From NCBI RefSeq assembly GCF_001194135.2, contig NC_068983.1, positions 138,667,429-138,723,830 on the forward strand: a stretch of 56,402 bases of DNA, given 5' to 3'. Below the pieces are notes generated by a model that ran no database searches, was not told where the DNA came from, and was given only the letters and a program-made list of their open reading frames with translations. Source of the DNA: Octopus bimaculoides (lineage: Eukaryota). Shown one piece after another: positions 49,391 through 56,402 of this stretch (positions are counted from its first letter, which is position 1; each line of letters opens with the position of its first letter). The translations under genes and the position numbers were made by a program.

Positions 49391-49777
49391 ACCATATACA
49401 TAGATGCAAATAACATTGGGTAAGATTGGGCGTATATTTTTGACACCATGGGTACTACGAGGAAACATGGTGCACAAGCAATCATTAAAATTTAACTGTT
49501 ATAAAAGGTTTTGATATTAATGCAAATGTCGAAATTAATATATGAATATTAATTGTCAAAACAAAAATATATGCTACATTAGACTAAAATTAGATAAAGC
49601 AAAGATTTCATTTATATAAATCTTCCAACCATAATTACTCTGCAATGTGCATACCTCCTTCTCTTCCTCATCTTCACTTCCTCCTCCTTCTTCCTTGGAT
49701 TTATGATTCTTTATGATTCTCCCACACAGTGTCTTTGTAGCGTTCGTTTATTTCTACCTGTCACCAGGATCATTATT

Positions 49778-49809
49778 ATGTGCGCGCGCGCACACACACA
49801 CACACATAC

Positions 49810-49854
<45 letters not shown>

Positions 49855-49905
49855 GTTAGTTAAAAATAAACAAAAAAACAAACAAACAAACAAACAAACA
49901 AACGA
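49778..49905. repeat. (CG)/(CA)n plus (AAAC)n microsatellites
   Basis: Direct reading. Confidence 0.95.
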
Positions 49906-50149
49906 CAATGTCTACTGAAGTGGTTTCTGCATCGTACCAGCAATTATATAACTTTCCATATAAAATTTATTCCTCTAGAGATAGCTATTTCTTTCTATCA
50001 TATAGAAAGTTGTTAGTAGCAGATATAATATGCTCACATTTGTAAAGAAATGCATTTCTTGAAGAAAAATAGCTAATGAATAAGGCGCATACAGCTTTCT
50101 GCAAGAGCAATCCGGTTTATAGCAATGGACTCAAGGAATGAATACCTTT

Positions 50150-50305
50150 AACGGATAATTGACGAAAGCTTTGTCTTGCCAGGATCACCCTGTGAAGATC
50201 AACCTCAAGAGAAATAAATTGCACAAGGGTGAAAGTTTTCTCAAGACGTGAACAAACAACAGTATCATCGGCATAGATGGTCAGTTTAGAAATAATATGA
50301 TCCTG
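50150..50305 (-). mobile_element. CR1/Jockey-type RT fragment
   Basis: HIISKLTIYADDTVVCS...LEVDL, containing the IYADDT catalytic motif. Confidence 0.55.
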
Positions 50306-50329
50306 TATTTACATATATCACGCATTTTG

Positions 50330-50570
50330 GTAAATTCTGCTTCCAAGAGACGTACGTCCTTTTCTTTAACATCTTGCTATATGTTCCCTTCAGCCTGTTC
50401 TCCAGTTGTCTTGGTAGTGTTCAGTAGTCAGATTTCTTTATCAACACGATTTCAATAGAACTCTAAGTCACTGTATTTTAAGGAGATCAGATTTATTTCC
50501 TTTATTCTGGATATCTTTTTATAGCTGACCATGCCAAATCAATACTTACTTCACTGATTTTCGTTGTGCT
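50330..50570 (-). mobile_element. Ancient RTE/RTE-X-type LINE fragment
   Basis: AWSAI..LKI..SSIEIVL..TLPRQLENRLKGTYSKML resembles AW.A..KI..R..VESVLLYG..WTL...E.RL.G.Y.RML. Confidence 0.4.
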
Positions 50571-51871
50571 TTCTATCCTATCTACGAGTCCCCCTTCTCT
50601 CTCTCTCTCTGTATATATGTATATANNNNNNNNNNCATTCTACAAGAAGCGTGAATTGTCAAATTTCTCTTGTTTTAAGTATGTGTATTGTTTGAAGCAC
50701 ATGTAGAATAGCATAAGCATAGTTCTATGCTTAACAAGTATCATCCACAATAATGCAAATTCCAATTTCTATTCCATTGGTCAGCTATGCGAACGAAGGA
50801 CTTTTGCCACTAATTCGGATGGGATTGATAAATGGCCTCCGATATATGTGTATATATTTGTATGCAAATGGATATTAAGAATGATGTAAATATCAATTGA
50901 AAACCTAATAACACCGTAACGTTGTTATGAAAGGATTTACATACCTTGTCACTATCCTCGTTAAAAATGCGATAAACTGTAATTTCAGCCTTGCGAAGCG
51001 TTAACTAATTCGTTACAGAAAAGTGAAATTATTTGTAGCTTTGTTTGTAATATACTCTGCACGAAATTAACGTTAGCATAACTGCATGAACGATAATTTT
51101 GTCACTGTCATATTATAAGTTTTTCTACATAGTGTTTTCCAATATATTATGAAATACAATAATTGACAGTTTGGACCAAATATATAAAAACGCCAATTAA
51201 GTCTTTAGCAATAACGATGTTGTGTGAAATGGGTTTAATATGTTGGCGTCAGCATTGTCATTCTCCTTTAGATGCATGCTGTTTTCTGCCTTTCAAATTT
51301 AATACCTGAAGGAGATATTCTAATTTGACTCATCTACAGTATTATATTTTAAGTAGAATTTGTACCTTTTTTGACATAACTGGAACAATATTAGATAAAT
51401 TATTGCACAAGTATTACTTATTGAGTAGATGATATGTGTGTATGTGTGGAAATTAAGTAACAGAAAAAAATCACGATCTTCGTAAAGAAACTGACACCAG
51501 AAAGATAATATGTAATAGAAACTTGGTTAAGGCAATTCTTGCATATTGCAAAAATGTTTCATTTCACAAGTAAAAATACTGGCAAAATTAAGCAAACCAG
51601 TTGGTTTAGAGGCAAAAAAGGTAACATATTATAACTATAAAATAAAGTATCCTAATTGGTGGTTAAAAATATAAACATTTCTGAAAATGCATTTTAAAAT
51701 TTTGATCGACGTTAACAGAATTCTATAAATACGATGGAATTTCATGAACTTTGTTAGAATTTGATCAAATTATATATATAAATAATAAATAATATCTGAT
51801 CTGTAATTCTAAAGCAGACAAAGAACGATAATCTCAAAAACATATACAGCGTCCTATAGCTTCATAACTTT

Positions 51872-52130
51872 GAGCAGGCGTGGCCCATTGATAAGAAGTT
51901 TGCCTTTCAACTACATGATTTCGGGTTCAGTCCCACTGCGTGACTCCTTGGACAAGTGTCTTCTACTATAGTCTCGGGTCGACGAAAGCCTTGTGAGTAC
52001 GTCCCCGAAACTCAGCGGCTCGGCAAAAAAATCCGATGGAATAAGTAATAGGCTTTACAAAAAAATATGTAATGTGTTCATTTGACTAAAATTTTTCAAT
52101 GGATGCAGTCTAATGACTGAAACAAGTAAA
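51872..52130 (+). mobile_element. Family B SINE with the central segment deleted
   Basis: Head ...CGGGTTCAGTCCCACTGCGTG..CCTTGTGAGT is joined directly to tail CAGCGGCTCGGCAAAA..GATGGAATAAGTA. Confidence 0.8.
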
Positions 52131-55100
52131 ACATATTTACAAAAACAACTTTTGAAATTTTATTTTTACATCTCTAAGCCGTTAATTCGAAAAAATATTT
52201 CTACGCAGTTATTTTCTGGAACTAATAGTGAAATTGTAGGGAAAGACTTCTATTTGGAAAGATATGATTTAATTAGCAGAGTTGTCCGCTTTCAGTGTCA
52301 ATGATTTTGACAGAAATACTGCAGAATCGATGAAAACATGTCTACTCTTACCATAGCAACCTATTTGACAAAATGTTTTCTAGTTCCATTTATAAGTATA
52401 GTGTTTTTGAAATATTTATCATACTTTGTGCGGAGGTACATTCTTAAGGTGCGTAAGTTACTGTTTTCTTCACAAGTTCGTCGATTGAATGCAGAATATT
52501 GCTTTCGGAGAATTCACGATTAAGTAATTAATACGAATTAATACAAAAATATACAAATTATTTGAAACTACGCAGTAGATAAATCAGCACAGAGGAATCT
52601 ATTATTTATTATTTCTGCGATCGTTTGTGCATTTAATACTTCGGGGTAGACAATTAGTAGTTTTCGCGTGTTGCCTTCTTTATTCAGCAGCGGAAGTCTT
52701 TATTTTCTTTTATAAGTCAAATGAGTGACGTGATGTCAATTTTATTCGCAAAAATCTACCCCCTTTATAACAATATCGTAGTCGATAATGAGGTCACCAA
52801 AATTGTCCTTCTTTGTTCTTCTGAGATAATTGTTTGATACCTAGTTGAGATTTGAAGTCAAAATCCAGTCCATTTACGAGCAACATACCGTTTAGAATTA
52901 ATCACTCAAGAACCTTGGTATTTTTCTTTAGTTCTGTAGAATGTATTTTTCTTTAGTTCTGTAGTCATGCTGAAATACCAGCTTGAGAGTTAGTTCGGTG
53001 TTTTTCGCAAATCTATTTACTACACGTTGTGTTTGTATACTGTGGCTCAACCATGTAATCTACATTTGTCCAGGGAGATACCGAGAAATTCATCAGGGAA
53101 TGGTGGTACTCTTTAATTGTTGACCGCCGAATGTTAAACTCTTTTCTCATAGGTTTCAGATGTGAGATTTTGAGGGATTTGTTTAAGCGTTGATGTACAA
53201 AACTACTTTTCATTCTTCTTATTACCTTTCTCTCATGTTTTCATCATTCTCCTGAGTGTTCTAAATTGAAAAAGCTCAAGAAGCGGAGAAGTTCCCAGTA
53301 ACTAATAATAACAGACGTCTAGCATCATTTCTCTAAATAATATTTTTTGAAATCCCTGCAGTTAAAAAGTACGTCCTAGTCTACTAGGACATCCGTTTTG
53401 TGAGGACTAAAGAAGGGATTTTAGAATGCCTCTCTTCTACTAACGAGCCAATGAGCTTTTAGACTGATGTTTGCTGCATACATTTTTAGAGAAGAATTCT
53501 CTACAAACAGTTATGTCTATTTTACGAACCTGCATGTTGTTTAAATCGATATACGTACTAGAAAACATGAAATTTTGTAGCGTTAACACAATGTTGTTAT
53601 TTAACCACTATAATATGACGCCTGTATCTTGTGGCCGAGCATAAATATCATTGTTTGTCTCAGTTTCTGCTACTACTACAGTCTCGGCTGCAGGGCCGCT
53701 GATTGTGATCGACTGTACATTTTTCTATATGCCGGATGAGACTGAGGAGTAGAAGAGTGCTAGAGGGGTACATTAGAGCACTTGACTTATTAATTCAGAG
53801 TTTAAGTATAAAATTCTGTTGGGTGGCACCATTTCAGTTTTTTCATCCCGGAAAGCGGAGATTTCATATGCAACCTTGTTCTGCCAGAATATTTTCAACT
53901 CAACTCGTTAAATAAGCGTTGGTCTAGTGGAAGATTTTTGACGAAAGCGAAATAAAGACAGACCCTTAAGAATTTGGTTATGGTGTAAATTTTCTACCAA
54001 AGCAGAAGCTGTATAATGTGTGAAAAAAGCTTGTCTCTCTCTAATTGGCGAAATATTATCCGTGACTTTTGGAATGTGACACAAGTTCTGAATATTTGAT
54101 TACGCTCTACTGCTGTCTTTATGTAATGTTTTCAATATTATTCTGTCCAAAAGGTCTGGTAGTTGTACAGCATTTAGTTAGCGCCGATAGTATTTATTAG
54201 CAATAGATTAGAAAGGATGGTTTTATAAGATTTTAGGGGTAGCACCGGAATTTTATCGGTTCTGCACTCATCTTTCTGTGAAATGGCTTATAGTTTCGAT
54301 TATCTTCTATTCAGTTAGGTTTATATGTCTTATGTTGCTCTGAGAAGTTTTTGTCCGTTAGAATATGGCAGAATATTCAATATGTTTTTCCTTTCTTGGC
54401 TTGAATTGATGACAAATCTGTGAAAAGAGTCTGATCATCTGTCATGCTATTTTGACAGTGGAGCGGACGATTCTTGATTTCAAAATTAGAGATGCACGTG
54501 AGCAGCTGAAGGAAGACTTGGGATTTTACTGCATTCTTTAGCTGTCAAAAATTCTGTACTTGACATTTCTTCTACATAGAAGCTTACAGGTGCCGCTTAA
54601 ATAAGTTTTAATTAAATCAAATTGCAATGTGATTCGTGTCCTATCTGAATCATTGAGTCTCTTTGTAATATTGATGCATTTTTTATGACGTTGACTTACT
54701 CTGGTCTAATATGATTTTTATCGGATTGTTTGCATACTCGAGGGAGCTGTAAAAGTGTTCATTGTCAAAATTTCTTTCATACAGGAATTCACTTTTGTTC
54801 TCTAGATTGAAGTGCTCAAGATTATTATGCCAAACTACCTTTCTAAGCTCCTGGACATCAATTTGTTCCAAGTCAGAATTACGTGGACAATTTCGGAGAA
54901 AAGAAATGTGGGCGACTGACGTTTTCTCATTGAGAAAATCTTATTCGGTATTATATATATAGTTTTTTTTTTGTTTTTATCTTGGAAAAAAAGAAAGGCT
55001 TATCTATATACTGCACACCAGATCTGTGTTGATGTTGGATGTACGTTTTTCTATATTATATTTGTGTGGTGTTTCGTAAATTTAAGTATGACAATAGAAC

Positions 55101-55769
55101 TCAGGTTTCTGTTTGTGATTGATCTTTTCATAAGTTACCTTTGCTTTCCCATATAACCTTAGATATTTTATGTTAGAAGACAGTTGATAAAAAAAAAATC
55201 TTGCTTCTATATTGTGCCTCAGGTTCCAGATGATTCATGAAGATATTGTCAAGATATATTGCTTTTCTATTTGTTATATTATCCATGCGTTTCAATTTTA
55301 GCATAGGTAGAGGTTTAAAACCAAACACATCTTCTGATCAGGATGGCTTCCTTCAGAAAGCCATTTGTTATTAGTCCTTTGCTCATTATCATAATTCGAT
55401 GGAGACTATAGTTTGTGGCAATATAGCTATGTACTCTTATTGTTCAATGGCCATTCTCTGTATTTAAAAAAAAAAGTCTCCATTATTTACTGATTTCATT
55501 AAAGATCTTACACATATTTTCGCTGAACTCAGGGAATTCATAATCGATTCAATATATTTATAATATTCTCAGTTAAGTCATTAACACAAAGCATTATCTT
55601 ATACTTTTATACCAGACTTACTTTGGGGAGCCAAGTTGCGTATTTTTCTTGATAAGCCTGTGTTATGTGCCTTCCTTCTTATACAAATAGTTGCTGAAAA
55701 ATTTAGTAATGTTCTAACTTCGTTCAGCATAAGAGAAATATTGCTCTAGACCTTCTCTCTCCCTCTTCT

Positions 55770-56060
55770 TTTCTCTTAGGAATCTTGACTCATAGGGCTG
55801 TAACAACATTTTCCCAAAGAACGAGGTTCTGTGGAATCCACTTCGGCTCGGCCTACGTCATTCCGGCTATCCTCACCTCTGTGTCGACACGCCCGCACCA
55901 AGTCTGTTTTGGTTTAGACCACTTTTTGCTTCCCCTGTGGGTTCCAGACAAGGGCCTGCTTGGTGACATTTGGTACACGCTTTCGTCGTTATGTGGTCTA
56001 TCCATCGCCATTTTCGTTTCATGATGTCTGTCTCCATTGGGGCTTCTTTTGTCTTGTCCT
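55770..56060 (-). mobile_element. RTE-clade LINE 3' fragment
   Basis: [11 protein letters not shown] followed, after a frameshift, by [30 protein letters not shown], resembling the RTE C-terminal WxPxGKRxxGRPxxTW motif. Confidence 0.78.
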
Positions 56061-56064
56061 GTCT

Positions 56065-56240
56065 ACACACACAGACACACACACACATACACACAGACAC
56101 ACACATATACGCGCGCGCGCGCACACACACACACACATACACACACACACACACACACACGCATGAACAAACTCGCAAGCACATCACTGTATACATGTTT
56201 TCTCAATCGCATTTGGTGTTTATAGACAGCACGCTGTATA

Positions 56241-56283
<43 letters not shown>

Positions 56284-56305
56284 ATATATATATATATATA
56301 TATAT
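56065..56305. repeat. (CA)/(CG), (TATC)n and (TA)n microsatellites
   Basis: Direct reading. Confidence 0.95.
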
Positions 56306-56402
56306 TCAAGGTTGAATATGGTACTTATGCGTAGGCACCCGAATATCGTATCCCAAAATGATAGGTGATCAAAATCAAAAAAATAAGCAACACGGATTTC
56401 AA

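Noticed and set aside
53350-53421. Nested short inverted repeats (GTCCTAG/CTAGGAC and AAATCCCT/AGGGATTT)
   Set aside because: Stems of 7-8 bp with unpaired intervening sequence are within chance expectation.
54100-55500. Possible ancient AP-endonuclease LINE on the minus strand
   Set aside because: Only vague similarity; the GDFN and SDH motifs are not actually present.

Overview
This is AT-rich eukaryotic DNA with very dense microsatellites and 11 N-gaps (about 4.5 kb in total). The SINE repertoire and microsatellite style suggest an octopus or other cephalopod draft scaffold; that is an inference. I found no host gene I can support. Most of the supplied ORFs are microsatellite or gap artefacts, and the rest are transposon remnants or short ORFs I cannot assign. 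Recognisable content is degraded mobile DNA: R4/Dong retrotransposons (one 5' end, three 3' ends, one inverted internal piece; the 5' end and two of the 3' ends abut (TAA)n), a CRE-like endonuclease fragment, Penelope-like RT and GIY-YIG fragments, RTE and CR1 LINE fragments, mariner remnants (DD34D-type and DD41D-type) and three recurring tRNA-SINE families. The most notable signal is three minimal type-I hammerhead ribozyme motifs with palindromic stem III. Two of them (18.2 and 36.6 kb) belong to one family and show compensatory base changes in a long rod-like stem. Two of the three (6.5 and 36.6 kb) sit between direct repeats that define 320-bp and 357-bp units, which is retrozyme/Penelope-LTR-like architecture. 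The 320-bp unit also carries a tRNA-type Pol III promoter.
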